Below are positions 51,279 through 61,203 of a stretch of 64,000 nucleotides of DNA, piece by piece; within the stretch, counting starts at the first letter, position 1; each line of letters begins with the position of its first letter. The DNA comes from an uncultured Pseudomonadota bacterium. Its GTDB lineage: Bacteria; Pseudomonadota; Alphaproteobacteria; JACZXZ01. The DNA is taken from contig CAVVLJ010000020.1 of the NCBI GenBank assembly GCA_963749075.1, positions 512,001-576,000 of the forward strand, written 5' to 3'. The position numbers and the translations under genes were made by a program. The notes beneath the pieces were generated by a model. The model saw only the letters and a list, made by a program, of their open reading frames with translations, searched no databases and was not told the origin of the DNA.

Positions 51279-52673
51279 ATGCCAGACGCGACGGGAACGC
51301 GCACCATCGGCAGCGAGGGCCACGGCGGGCCGGTCCATGCCTTCTATCTCAAGAAGGGCACGCCGCGGCGCCCGGTGATCGCCCGCGCCGAGGGCATCCA
51401 TATGTGGGACAGCGAGGGCAAGCGCTACATCGACGCCTCCTCGGGCCCGGTGGTGAGCAACCTCGGCCATGGCAACAAGCGCGTGCTCGCGGCCATGCTG
51501 GCGCAGGCCGGGAAGGCCGTCTTCGCCTCCCGCACGGCCTTCGAGAGCGAGGCCAACGTCGAGCTCGCGGACCTCGTGACCGGTCTCGCGGGGCCGGGCC
51601 TCGAGCGCGCTTTCTTCGTCTCCGGCGGCTCCGAGGCGACGGAGAGCGCCTTGAAGCTCGCGCGTCAATATGCCGTAGCCGTGGGCGAGGCGTCGCGCTG
51701 GAAGGTGATCGGCCGCGACCCAGGCTATCACGGCAGCACGCTCGGAGCGCTTGCCGTCACCGGCGATCCGGTCTCCGAGGCGGTCTTCGGCCCGATGATG
51801 AAGGCGATGCCCAAGGTGCCGGCGCCCTTCACCTACCGCCTGCCGCCCAACCACGACCCGCTCTCCTATGCCCGCCATTGCGCCGCGGCCGTCGAGGAAA
51901 CCATCCGCCGCGAGGGGCCGGAGAGCGTCCTCGCCTTCATCATGGAGCCGGTCGGGGGACTTGCGACCGGCGCCCTCGTCGCCCCCGACGTCTACTACGA
52001 CACCGTGCGCGAGATCTGCAACCGCTACGGCGTGCTCCTCATCTACGACGAGGTGATGAGCGGCGCCGGGCGCACCGGCAAGTTCCTCGCGGCCGAGCAT
52101 TGGCCCGCGGCGCGGCCCGACATGGTGACGCTCGCCAAGGGGATCGCCGCCGGCTACACGCCCATGGGGGCACTCTTGGCGCCCGACCGCATGGTCGAGC
52201 GCGTGGCGGCCGCGGGCGGCTTCCTCCACGGCCACACCTATCTCACCAACCCGCTCTCCTGCGCCGTCGGCGTGGCCGTGGTGCGCGAGATGATCGAGCA
52301 CGAGCTCATGGCGAACGCCGCGCGCATGGGAGCGCTTCTGCTGGAGCGGCTCGAGGGGCTCCAGGCGAAGAGCGCCATCTTGGGCGACGTGCGCGGCAAG
52401 GGCCTCTTGATGGCGATCGAGATCGTCACCGACAAGGAGACCAAGGCCGTGCCGCCGGCCGAGCTCATGGCCGTCTATCGCATCATGGATCTCGCGGCCA
52501 AGCGCGGCCTCCTCCTCTATTCGCGGCGCACGGCGGACGGCAAGTACGGCGAGTGGCTCATGATCGCCCCGCCGCTCATCGTGAGCGCCGCCGAGATCGA
52601 GGAGATCGTCGAGTTGCTCGGCGCCGCACTCGCCGACTACGAGGCGGAGCTGCGCGAGGCCAAGGTGATTTGA
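51279..52673 (+). CDS. Class III aminotransferase
   Basis: GKRYID, GGSEATE, YHGST, DEVMSGAGRTG, AKG, HGHTY. Confidence 0.92.
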   Translation: MPDATGTRTIGSEGHGGPVHAFYLKKGTPRRPVIARAEGIHMWDSEGKRYIDASSGPVVSNLGHGNKRVLAAMLAQAGKAVFASRTAFESEANVELADLVTGLAGPGLERAFFVSGGSEATESALKLARQYAVAVGEASRWKVIGRDPGYHGSTLGALAVTGDPVSEAVFGPMMKAMPKVPAPFTYRLPPNHDPLSYARHCAAAVEETIRREGPESVLAFIMEPVGGLATGALVAPDVYYDTVREICNRYGVLLIYDEVMSGAGRTGKFLAAEHWPAARPDMVTLAKGIAAGYTPMGALLAPDRMVERVAAAGGFLHGHTYLTNPLSCAVGVAVVREMIEHELMANAARMGALLLERLEGLQAKSAILGDVRGKGLLMAIEIVTDKETKAVPPAELMAVYRIMDLAAKRGLLLYSRRTADGKYGEWLMIAPPLIVSAAEIEEIVELLGAALADYEAELREAKVI

Positions 52674-52700
52674 GGGCCCTGGATTTGAGCGTCCATACCT

Positions 52701-52797
52701 ACCCCCCCAACCCTCCCCCTCAAGGGGGGAGGGGGCTCATTTGCGCGTGTCCCTAAAATTCCCCTCCCCCCTTGAGGGGAAGGGTAGGGAGGGGGGT
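52701..52797. repeat. Inverted doublet of CCC-rich palindromic repeat
   Basis: acccccccaaccctccccctcaaggggggagggg spacer cccctccccccttgaggggaagggtagggagggggg; near-copy of 28915-29021. Confidence 0.85.
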
Positions 52798-52841
52798 GCG
52801 TGCAGGCGAGGCTCGGAGCGAGAAGCGATTCGGGCGGGCGC

Positions 52842-54017
52842 ATGTCCTATCGCGTGAACAAGCTGGTGCAGAACGTGGCGGCGCCGCCGATCGCGGAGGC
52901 GCACGGCTGGGTGGCGGGGCGCAGCTTCCCCGCCGAGAGGCCGCTCCTCGACCTCTGCCAGGCGGTGCCGAGCTATCCGCCCGCGGAAGCGCTTCAGGCC
53001 CACGTGGCCGAGCTCGCGCGGTTGCCCGAGACCTCGACCTACACGCCGATCCTGGGCCTCCCCCATCTCCGCGCCAAGCTCGCCCGGCGCATGAGCGCCA
53101 ATTACGGCGCCGAGATCGCCGCCGGGCGGGTGGCCATCACCGCCGGCTGCAACCAGGCCTTCTGCGTGGCACTCTCGGCCCTTGCCCGCGCCGGCGACGA
53201 GGTGCTGCTGCCGCTCCCCTACTATTTCAATTACCAGATGTGGCTTGAGATCACCGGCGTGCGCGCCGTCCACCTGCCCTGCCGCGAGGAACGCGGCGCC
53301 ATGCCCACGCCGGAGGACGCGGCGCGGCTGGTGAGCGACAGGACGCGGGCCATTGTCCTCGTCACGCCGAACAACCCGACCGGCGCCATCTATCCGCCCG
53401 GGCTCATCGAGGCCTTTTTCGAGCTCGCGCGCAAGCGAGGCCTGGCGCTCGTCCTCGACGAGACCTACCGCGACTTCCGCGAGGAGGCAGCGCCGCCTCA
53501 CGGCCTCTTCGGCAAGCCGGGCTGGGAGGACACGCTCGTCCAGCTCTACAGCTTCTCGAAGGTCTATGCCCTGACCGGCTATCGCGTGGGCGCCATGATC
53601 GCCGGTCCGCACCTCGTCGAGGAGGTCGCCAAGATCATGGATTGCATCGCCATCTGCGCGCCGCGCATCGGCCAGGAGGCGGCGGCCTTCGGCCTCGACC
53701 ATCTGGAGGGCTGGCAGCGCGAGAAGTGCGCCATGATCGCGGGCCGGCTCGCGGCGCTGCGCGGCATCTTCGCCGACAACCGCCTCGCCTACCGGCTGGT
53801 GAGCTCGGGCGCCTATTTCGCCTATGTGCGCCATCCCTTCGACGGCACGCCCGCGGCCGCGGTGGCGCGGCGGCTTGCTGAGGAGGAGAATCTCCTGGCA
53901 CTCCCCGGCACCATGTTCGGGCCGGGCGAGGAGCCCTATCTGAGGCTCGCCTTCGCCAACCTCGATGCGGCCCTCATGCCGGAGGTCGGCCGCCGGCTCC
54001 TCGCCAGCCAGGGCTGA
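52842..54017 (+). CDS. Class I/II aminotransferase
   Basis: GCNQAF, VTPNNPTG, DETYRDF, SFSKVY..TGYRVG. Confidence 0.92.
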   Translation: MSYRVNKLVQNVAAPPIAEAHGWVAGRSFPAERPLLDLCQAVPSYPPAEALQAHVAELARLPETSTYTPILGLPHLRAKLARRMSANYGAEIAAGRVAITAGCNQAFCVALSALARAGDEVLLPLPYYFNYQMWLEITGVRAVHLPCREERGAMPTPEDAARLVSDRTRAIVLVTPNNPTGAIYPPGLIEAFFELARKRGLALVLDETYRDFREEAAPPHGLFGKPGWEDTLVQLYSFSKVYALTGYRVGAMIAGPHLVEEVAKIMDCIAICAPRIGQEAAAFGLDHLEGWQREKCAMIAGRLAALRGIFADNRLAYRLVSSGAYFAYVRHPFDGTPAAAVARRLAEEENLLALPGTMFGPGEEPYLRLAFANLDAALMPEVGRRLLASQG

Positions 54018-54025
54018 CGCCCGCC

Positions 54026-55387
54026 ATGGCGGGTGCGAGCGCCTCCATCGCCATCGTGGGCAGCGGGCCGTCTGGCTTCTATGCGGCGGATGCGCTCTTG
54101 CGCAAGTTGCCCGACTGCCGCATCGACATCATCGAGCGGCTGCCGAACCCTTATGGCCTGGTGCGCGCCGGCGTCGCCCCCGACCATCAGAGCACCAAGG
54201 CGGTGCAGCGCGTCTTCGAGCGCACGGCGACGCGGCCGGGCGTGCGCTTCCTCGGCGCGGTCGAGGCCGGCCGCGACGTGAGCACCGACGAGCTCAGGGC
54301 CGCTTACGACGCGGTGGTGATCGCCATCGGCTGCCCCGTGGACCGCCGCCTCGGCATTCCGGGCGAGGGGCTCCGCGGCGTCTACGGCTCCTGGTCCTTC
54401 GTCGGCTGGCTGAACGGCCATCCCTCGTTCCGCGATCTCGAGCCCGATCTCCAAGGTCCTGCCGTCGCCGTGATCGGCAACGGCAACGTCGCCATCGATT
54501 GCGTGCGCGTGCTGGCGAAGACGCCGGCCGAGATGGCCAAGTCGGACCTCTGCCGCCACGCCGCCGAGAGGCTTGCCGCGGCACCGCTCGAGCGGCTCTA
54601 TCTCATCGGCCGGCGCGGGCCGCTCGAGGCGAGCTTCACGCCCGTCGAGCTCGCCGAGCTGGGCGAGCTCGAGCGCGCCGTGCCGCTCCTCGACGGCGCC
54701 GCCCTCGAGCGCGACATCGCCGCCGCCGGGCCGGAAGCGCTCAAGGCGAAGGAGAAGGTGCTGGCGACGCTCCGCCGCTTCGCCGGGAACAAGCCGGGCC
54801 TGAAGCCGCTCGAGCTCCATCTCCTCTTCTGGTCGGCGCCGCAAGCGATCCTCGGGGAGACGCGCGTCGAGGGCCTGCGGCTCGCCTCGACCGGGCCGGG
54901 CGCGGGCGAGAGGCGCGAGCTCGCGGTCTCGACGGTGATCACCGCCATCGGCTATGCGACCGCACCCCTGGCCGGCCTGCCGCTCGATGCGCTGCGCGGC
55001 ATCGTGCGCAACGAGGGGGGCCGCGTCGAGCCGGGCGTCTACGCGGTCGGCTGGGCGAAGCGCGGCCCTTCGGGCACGATCCCCACCAACCGCGCCGACT
55101 CCCTGGCGGTGGCGGAGCTCATCGCCGCGGACCTCACTCTCCTCGGCCGGCGCAAGCCCGGCCCCGCCGCCCTCGACGCCCTGCTCGCGAGCCGCGGCGT
55201 CCGCCCCGTGAGCTTCGCGGACTGGCAGTGCCTCAACGCGGCCGAGGTGGCGCGCGCCGCACCCGGCCGGCCGCGCGAGAAATTCACCCGCATCGCAGAG
55301 ATGCTTGCCGTGCTTGACGAAGCTGCTCCGGCAACGGCAAATGCGGCAGCGCGCGAGGCGGTCCCGAGCCAGGAGAGCGAGCCATGA
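54026..55387 (+). CDS. Ferredoxin--NADP+ reductase (adrenodoxin reductase/FprA-like)
   Basis: IVGSGPSGFY, PYGLVRAGVAPDH, GNGNVAID, GWAKRGPSG. Confidence 0.9.
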   Translation: MAGASASIAIVGSGPSGFYAADALLRKLPDCRIDIIERLPNPYGLVRAGVAPDHQSTKAVQRVFERTATRPGVRFLGAVEAGRDVSTDELRAAYDAVVIAIGCPVDRRLGIPGEGLRGVYGSWSFVGWLNGHPSFRDLEPDLQGPAVAVIGNGNVAIDCVRVLAKTPAEMAKSDLCRHAAERLAAAPLERLYLIGRRGPLEASFTPVELAELGELERAVPLLDGAALERDIAAAGPEALKAKEKVLATLRRFAGNKPGLKPLELHLLFWSAPQAILGETRVEGLRLASTGPGAGERRELAVSTVITAIGYATAPLAGLPLDALRGIVRNEGGRVEPGVYAVGWAKRGPSGTIPTNRADSLAVAELIAADLTLLGRRKPGPAALDALLASRGVRPVSFADWQCLNAAEVARAAPGRPREKFTRIAEMLAVLDEAAPATANAAAREAVPSQESEP

Positions 55388-55785
55388 AGCCTGTCGCGAT
55401 CGGCCAGAGCCACACCGAGCGCATCGAGACGAACGACAGCCACACGGCGGCCCATTACGGCAACAAGGGCGTGGCGGTGGTGGCAACGCCGGTCCTCATC
55501 GGCTTCCTCGAGACGGCGGCCTTGGAGTGCCTGCGGCCGAGCTACGAGGCGGGCGAGGGCTCGGTCGGCGTCTTCGTCAACGTGCGCCATCTCGCGGCGG
55601 CACTCCCCGGCAGCATCGTCGAGGCCAACGCCACGGTCACCGCGGTCAAGGGCAAAGAGGTCGAGTTCGCGGTCTCGGCGAGTGCGGGCGGCAAGCTCCT
55701 CATGGAGGGCAGTCACGGCCGCGCCGTCGTCGACCTGGCGCGCTTCTTCAAGCACCTCGGCGTCAAGCCGCCCGCGGGCGCTTGA
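55384..55785 (+). CDS. Hot-dog fold thioesterase (FlK-like)
   Basis: VVATPVLIGFLE, SVG..VNVRHLAA, EGSHGR. Confidence 0.85.
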   Translation: MKPVAIGQSHTERIETNDSHTAAHYGNKGVAVVATPVLIGFLETAALECLRPSYEAGEGSVGVFVNVRHLAAALPGSIVEANATVTAVKGKEVEFAVSASAGGKLLMEGSHGRAVVDLARFFKHLGVKPPAGA

Positions 55786-55799
55786 GCGGATAAGGCTGG

Positions 55800-55903
55800 C
55801 TAGAGCGTTTCCCGATCACGTGGGATCGGGAAACGCTCTAAATTATATGGTTCGACGAGCAAATCCCGATCCGGTGATTCGACCGGATCGGGATTTGCTC
55901 TAG
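55800..55903. mobile_element. 104-bp CTAG-ended miniature inverted-repeat element with two internal hairpins
   Basis: ctagagcgtttcccgatc-acgtgg-gatcgggaaacgctcta spacer gagcaaatcccgatccggt-gattcg-accggatcgggatttgctctag; termini ctagagc / gctctag are inverted. Confidence 0.8.
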
Positions 55904-56921
55904 TGCCGCCGAGCTGGCCTTCGAGAGCCGCGAAAGGAAGCGGTGCGCCTCGCACCCAGGCGCCCACGTCGATCTCGGTCGGCGTCGCGTCGCCGCCGAT
56001 GCCGACGAGGAGGCGGCGCTTGGCCGGCTCGGCGACGAGCGTGTGGAGCGTGCCGGCGCCCTTGGCATAGGCGTGGAAGAAGGCGGGCGAGCGCGAATCG
56101 TTGAGCGCGCGGTAGAGATCGTCCGCGCTCATCGTCCGTGCCGCCCAGGCTTCGAGCGGCGGCAGGCGCTTCCGCGACGGCCGGGTGACCCGCCGGTTGA
56201 AGCGCTGCATGGCGGGCGATTGGAAATGATTGGTGCAGGCGAGCCAATCGCCCTGGCGCACCGCGACGGCACCAGGGGCCGCCTCGACGACCGCCGCCTC
56301 GCCCGCGGCGTCGAGCAGCGAATAATTGAAGCCGAGCCCGTGCGGCAGGCGGCGCAGCAAGGCGAGCGCTTGCCGCGTGTCGGCGCACTGGTCGAGCACC
56401 ATGCGCACGATGAGGATTGAGACGAGGCCGGGCTGCCATGTCCTCTGGTTGACCATATGAAGCCCGACGGCGAGCCCGCTCTCGTTCATGCCGTCGAGCC
56501 GGCCGGTGAAGCGGTCCGCGAAGCCGATCGAGGCGTGAACACCCTGCGGCTGGATCGCCATCATCGTGCGGTCGTAGCGGCTCGCGCCGAAGTCGTAGTT
56601 GCGCGCGTAGATGCCGCCCGACATCACCGCCGAGCAGCCGCGCCTGGGATAGCGCAGCCGGCCGTTCGAGAACTCGGCGACGGCGCGCTCGAGGGGCACT
56701 GCAAGGCCGTCCGCGATGCCGTGGAGCTCCTCCCAGATATTGGGCGCCCAAGCTCCGAGTGCCGCCTCCGCGTTCTTGAGGCTGAAGGCGAAGGGGCGGC
56801 GCGGGCGGCGCCGTGCAAAGGCGCGCCCGCGTGGCGTCTTGAGGAAGGCTAGGGCGAGCCCGCGGCCGACCTCGTAAGGTGTCCCGCGGGCCTCGAGCAC
56901 GTCCACGCGGAAGGGCTTCAT
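55800..56921 (-). CDS. C45 family autoproteolytic acyltransferase/hydrolase
   Basis: GCS..ARNYDF nucleophile region, GRLDGMNESGL, CTNHFQ; last ~33 codons come from the CTAG element. Confidence 0.85.
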   Translation of the reverse strand: MKPFRVDVLEARGTPYEVGRGLALAFLKTPRGRAFARRRPRRPFAFSLKNAEAALGAWAPNIWEELHGIADGLAVPLERAVAEFSNGRLRYPRRGCSAVMSGGIYARNYDFGASRYDRTMMAIQPQGVHASIGFADRFTGRLDGMNESGLAVGLHMVNQRTWQPGLVSILIVRMVLDQCADTRQALALLRRLPHGLGFNYSLLDAAGEAAVVEAAPGAVAVRQGDWLACTNHFQSPAMQRFNRRVTRPSRKRLPPLEAWAARTMSADDLYRALNDSRSPAFFHAYAKGAGTLHTLVAEPAKRRLLVGIGGDATPTEIDVGAWVRGAPLPFAALEGQLGGTRANPDPVESPDRDLLVEPYNLERFPIPRDRETL

Positions 56922-56953
56922 CTTCGCCTCTACTTTTTTGGCCGCAGAAAACA

Positions 56954-57055
56954 CCCTCACCCCGACCCTCGATCCGCTTCGCGGCTCGAGCCCTCTAAAG
57001 AGGGAGAGGGGGAAGCTCCCCCTCTCCTCCTTTAGGAGGAGAGGGTAGGGTGAGG
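56954..57055. repeat. Inverted doublet of CCCTCACCC-type palindromic repeat
   Basis: ccctcaccccgaccctc...gagggagagggg spacer ccccctctcctcctttaggaggagagggtagggtgagg; same ends as the repeats flanking DUF559. Confidence 0.8.
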
Positions 57056-57071
57056 AGGCGGTCGCATCAGC

Positions 57072-58583
57072 TTACCCCCGCACCATCTCCCTGAGCCGGT
57101 ATTTGAGCACCTTGCCCATGGCGTTCCTCGGCAGCGCTTCCACGAAGACCACGTCGTGGGGGTGCTTGAAGCGCGCGAGGCGGCCGGCGAAGAGGGCGAG
57201 CACCCGCTCGGCCGTGAGCGCCGCGTCCGGCCGCGGGACGACGACGGCGATGGGAACCTCGCCCCAGCGCTCGTGCGGGCGCGCCACCACGGCGGCATCG
57301 GCGATCTCCGGAGAGGCATGCAGCACGGCCTCGAGCTCGGCCGGATAGATGTTCTCGCTGCCCGAGATGATGACGTTGCCCTTGCGCTCGTCCACGTAGA
57401 AGTTGCCGGCCGCGTCGCGATGGCCGATGTCGCCCGTATGGAACCAGCCGTCCGCGAGTGCCGCGGCCGTCGCCGCCGGATCGCCCCAATATTCGCGCAT
57501 CACGTTCGGCCCGCGCACGAGGATCTCGCCGCGTTCGCCCGGTGCCGCCTCGCGGCCGTCGGGTGCGGCGATCAGCGCCTCGCAATGGAGCGCCGGCTTC
57601 CCCGTCGAGCCCACGCTTCCGAAGGCGTCGGCGATGCGCTGGTGCACGGCGATGGGCGCCGTCTCGGTCGAGCCGTAGACCTGGATCATGGGCACGCCGC
57701 GCGCCTGCCAGGCCGCGATAAGCGGCAGCGGCACGATGGTCGAGCCCGTGGTCACCGCGCGCAGCGAGCCGAGCGGCAGCTCCGTCCAGCCGGCGTGCTC
57801 GATGAAGGCCTTGAGCTGGGCGGGCACCAGCACGGTGAGCGTGGGCTTCTCTAGGGCGATCGCGCGCATCGCGGGCTCGAGCTCGAAGCGGCGGTGGAGG
57901 ATCACCGAGGCGCCGGCATGGAGGGCGGGCAAGGTCTGGATGTTGAGCCCGCCCACGTGGAACATGGGGAGCGTGGTGAGGATCACGTCGTCGCTTACAA
58001 GGTCGTGCATGGCGGCCGAGTTGACCGCGTTCCACAGAAGTGCCGACTGGGTGAGCACGGCACCCTTGGGCCTGCCGGTGGTGCCCGCGGTGTAGACGAC
58101 GAGGAGCGGGCTCTCGAGGCCGTCGTGGGCGTTGCGGCCGTCGCCCCCGGCCGCGGCCATGAGCTCGCCGTAGGAGAGCCAGCCGGGTGCGGCGGCTGCG
58201 AAGGCGACGAAGCGGCAATCGGGCAGCGTCGCGCGCAGCGTCTCCGCGTGGGCGAGGAATTCGGGCTCGACGAGGAGGATGGAGGCGCCCGCGTCGCCGA
58301 GGATGTAGCGATGCTCGGGTGCCGCGAGCCGCCAGTTGAGCGGTGTTAAGAGCGCCCCCAGCCGCGCGCAGGCGAAGAGGAGGGTCAGGAACTCGACGCT
58401 GTTGTAGCCGAGGAAGGCGATGCGGTCGCCGCGCTCGACGCCGAGCCCGTCCTTGAGCAGCCGCGCGGCCGCGGCGATGCGCGCGGCGAGGGCGGCGTAG
58501 CTCCACGCCTCGCCCGCGAAGCGGATCGCGGTCTTGCCGCCTGCGAAGGCGGCCCAGCGCTCGATCCATTGGGAGATGTCCAT
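57072..58583 (-). CDS. Acyl-CoA synthetase (AMP-binding enzyme)
   Basis: YTAGTTGRPKG, YGSTET, WFHTGDIG, ENIYPAE, PRNAMGK. Confidence 0.92.
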   Translation of the reverse strand: MDISQWIERWAAFAGGKTAIRFAGEAWSYAALAARIAAAARLLKDGLGVERGDRIAFLGYNSVEFLTLLFACARLGALLTPLNWRLAAPEHRYILGDAGASILLVEPEFLAHAETLRATLPDCRFVAFAAAAPGWLSYGELMAAAGGDGRNAHDGLESPLLVVYTAGTTGRPKGAVLTQSALLWNAVNSAAMHDLVSDDVILTTLPMFHVGGLNIQTLPALHAGASVILHRRFELEPAMRAIALEKPTLTVLVPAQLKAFIEHAGWTELPLGSLRAVTTGSTIVPLPLIAAWQARGVPMIQVYGSTETAPIAVHQRIADAFGSVGSTGKPALHCEALIAAPDGREAAPGERGEILVRGPNVMREYWGDPAATAAALADGWFHTGDIGHRDAAGNFYVDERKGNVIISGSENIYPAELEAVLHASPEIADAAVVARPHERWGEVPIAVVVPRPDAALTAERVLALFAGRLARFKHPHDVVFVEALPRNAMGKVLKYRLREMVRG

Positions 58584-58595
58584 GGGGTGCAGCGC

Positions 58596-59825
58596 CTACT
58601 CGTCCTTTTCGCCGGCCTCGTAGAGCGCTTCGCGGCCGATGCGGTCGAGGCAGAGCTCCGCCGTCCAGGGCAGCATGAGCGAGCCGCAGCGGCTGTCGCG
58701 ATAGAGGCGCTCGAGGGGCAGCGACTTGAGCATGGACTGGCCGCCGCAGGTGCGGATGGCAAGCCGGCAGAGGTCGTTGGCGTTCTCCATGATGGTGAAC
58801 TGCGCGGCATAGGCCCTGAGCCGCTCGCTCTTCGAGGGGTCGACGTGCGCCTCGCGGATCGCCTGGCGGAAGAGCGCCCAGGTCTGCTGCAGCTTGACGA
58901 ACATCTCGGCCACGGCGATCTGCTTGGTCGGATACATGCGGCGCTTGACGCCCATGCCCTCGACCTCGCCGCGCAGGTAGGCGCGCGTGAAGTCGTAGGC
59001 GGCCTGTGCGATCCCCATGTAGGTGGGCGCGAGCGTCAAGAACATATGCGGCCAGCGCGAGGCGGCCTGGTAATAGATGCCGCGCGGCAGGAGCTCGGCC
59101 TCCTCGGGCACGGCCACGTCCTCGAGGAGGAGAGTGCGCGACACCGTGGCGCGCATGCCGAGCGGGTCCCAGGGGCCCACGACCGAGACGCCCGCCGCCT
59201 TGGCGGGCACCGCGAGATAGAGGGTGTCGCGGAGCGAGCGCTCGTGCTTGTCCTCGCTGCAGAGCACGCCGTAGTAATCGGCGGCACCCGAGAGGGAGGC
59301 GAAGATCTTCTTTCCCTGGAGGCGCCAGCCGCCCGCCGTGCGCGTGGCAAGCGTGCCGAAGGGCGCTCTGCCCGCTGCCGCCGCACTTCCTTCCGAGAAG
59401 GGCTGGGCATAGAGGGCGCCCTCGGCGACGATGCGGCGGTAATGGAGGCGGCGGTGGGTCTCGTGGCGCGCGCGCTCGTCTGCCGTCATGTCGAGATCGT
59501 TGGCCAGCGCCCCGCTCCACAGGGCCGAGCAGGCGTGCATGTTGAAGGTGAGCGCCGTCGCCCCGCAGAAGCGCGCGAGCTCGGCCGAGACGAGACAATA
59601 GGTCTCGAAATCGGCACCGAGACCGCCATAGGCCTCGGGCACCGCGAGCCCGAGGAGGCCCGACTTGCGCAGCTCGCCGTAGTTCTCGAAGGGAAAGGCG
59701 GCCTCGCGGTCGTAGCGCTCGGCGCGCGCAGCGAAGCCGGGCCCGAGCTTGCGCACGGCTTGGATGAGCGCCGCCTGCCTGCCGCTCACGCGGCCGGCCT
59801 CGGGCAAGAAGGCGTCGTCGGCCAC
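58596..59825 (-). CDS. Acyl-CoA dehydrogenase family protein
   Basis: GLAVPEAYGGLG, QPFSEG, GKKIFAS, WDPLGMRATVS, LERLYRD; probable GTG start at 59825. Confidence 0.88.
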   Translation of the reverse strand: MADDAFLPEAGRVSGRQAALIQAVRKLGPGFAARAERYDREAAFPFENYGELRKSGLLGLAVPEAYGGLGADFETYCLVSAELARFCGATALTFNMHACSALWSGALANDLDMTADERARHETHRRLHYRRIVAEGALYAQPFSEGSAAAAGRAPFGTLATRTAGGWRLQGKKIFASLSGAADYYGVLCSEDKHERSLRDTLYLAVPAKAAGVSVVGPWDPLGMRATVSRTLLLEDVAVPEEAELLPRGIYYQAASRWPHMFLTLAPTYMGIAQAAYDFTRAYLRGEVEGMGVKRRMYPTKQIAVAEMFVKLQQTWALFRQAIREAHVDPSKSERLRAYAAQFTIMENANDLCRLAIRTCGGQSMLKSLPLERLYRDSRCGSLMLPWTAELCLDRIGREALYEAGEKDE

Positions 59826-59836
59826 AGCCGGCCGCC

Positions 59837-60883
59837 TCAGGCGAGTGGGGGCTGGAGCGCCCCCTTGACCACGACGGGCCGGCCGTCGAGCTCGACCGTG
59901 CAATTGCGCAAAGGGAGGTCGAAATGGCCGAGCGTGTGGCGCCCGGCGGCCTCGTTGGCGCCGGTCGAATAGAGGAAGTTGCCGGCAAAGGCGCGCAGCT
60001 CGGTGCCGTTCACGTCGCGCTTGTCGTAAAGCGCCAGCGCTTCCCAGCGGGCGCGCGGGTTCATACCCCAGCCGACGTGGGAGGTGGCGTAGGCGTCGCG
60101 CTCGCCCCAGGCGGCGATGTAGCTGCGCATGAGCTCGGCGTCGAGGCCGTCGCCCGCGATCTCCGTCACATAGTCGTCGGCGATGGTGAGGCGCACGGCG
60201 CTCTCGAGGTAGCGCTTGAAGGTGAGGTTGGCGTCGCCGCGGTCCAGCACGAGGGTGCCGTTGACCGTGCCCTTCCTCGGGAAGCACAGCACGAGGCCGC
60301 CCGGCCAATGGGCGACCTGCCCGGGCTTCGCGCAAAAGCCCCAGACGCCGCCCGTGGGCGCCCCCTCGACCTCGACCGCGAGGTCGCTCCCCGCAGCCGA
60401 GCGCACGGTCATGCGCTTCGCCGCGCGCAAGAGCCTGATGCCCTCGCGCACCTTGCCCTCCGAGGCGGGGTCGGGCAGCAGGCGCTCGAGCACCTCGGGA
60501 TGCTCGTTGCTCACCATGAGGAGGCGGGCGCCGCGTTTAAGGATCTCGGGCAGCTCCGGCGCATGCAGCATGCCCTCGACCGTGAGGTCGATGACGAGGT
60601 GCGATGCGGCGAGCGCCGCGAGCGCCGGCTCGAGCCCTTGCAGCGCGTCGGAGGCGCCCGTCGAGCGCACCGGCACCGGGGCGGCTTGCGCCGGCGTGGG
60701 GAGGACGAGGTGGAAGGTCCGCGCGCCCAGGCGCAAGGCGGCAAGCTCGGCGAGCGCCACGTTGAGCGGCCGCGACTGGCTTTCCGAGAGGATGGCGGCC
60801 GTCTCGCCCGGTGCGAGCTTGCAGAGGGCGAAGACCCGCGCAAAGCTCTCGATCCACTTGCCCTCGATGCGATCGTCGCGCAC
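59837..60883 (-). CDS. NicX-like (2,5-dihydroxypyridine dioxygenase / peptidase M29-like) protein
   Basis: RIEGKWIE.F, SNEHPE, HWPGG, SHVGWGMNP.A, RAFAGNFLYSTG, GHFDLP match the NicX-like family including the His/His/Asp region. Confidence 0.7.
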   Translation of the reverse strand: MRDDRIEGKWIESFARVFALCKLAPGETAAILSESQSRPLNVALAELAALRLGARTFHLVLPTPAQAAPVPVRSTGASDALQGLEPALAALAASHLVIDLTVEGMLHAPELPEILKRGARLLMVSNEHPEVLERLLPDPASEGKVREGIRLLRAAKRMTVRSAAGSDLAVEVEGAPTGGVWGFCAKPGQVAHWPGGLVLCFPRKGTVNGTLVLDRGDANLTFKRYLESAVRLTIADDYVTEIAGDGLDAELMRSYIAAWGERDAYATSHVGWGMNPRARWEALALYDKRDVNGTELRAFAGNFLYSTGANEAAGRHTLGHFDLPLRNCTVELDGRPVVVKGALQPPLA

Positions 60884-60966
60884 GCGCGTCCCGCTCTCCG
60901 TTGGGAAGGGCATTTTTGGCGCCCGTCCGATCCCCGTGCCTCGGTTCCGACACGTCATCCCCTCTT

Positions 60967-61082
60967 CGTCATGCCCGCGAAAGCGGGCATCCAGTGCTGC
61001 GACAGATGGATTCCGGCTCTCCGCTTCGCGGAGCCTGTCCCCAGGCCGGCCCTACGGCCGGACCCGGGGGGCCGGAATGACG
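60967..61082. repeat. CGTC-type palindromic repeat doublet with nested hairpins
   Basis: cgtcatgcccgcgaaagcgggcatcca ... tggattccggc...gccggaatgacg; related to 953-999. Confidence 0.75.
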
Positions 61083-61126
61083 ACCCCGGGGTCCGAATAA
61101 AGTACCGAGGACAATAGACTAGCACA

Positions 61127-61156
61127 GAAAATTTATATGAAAAGGCATAGATTTTC
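61127..61156. promoter_or_regulatory. Candidate MarR operator (imperfect AT-rich palindrome) in divergent promoter region
   Basis: gaaaatttatatg-aaaagg-catagattttc between the catabolic operon and the MarR fusion gene. Confidence 0.45.
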
Positions 61157-61203
61157 GCGCTACACTGGCTCGTGCGCGGGGGTGAAGCGGGAGTGTCGCG
61201 AGC

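Noticed and set aside
57072-58583. Acyl-CoA synthetase as rpfB
   Set aside because: About 39 kb from rpfF and embedded in a separate catabolic operon.
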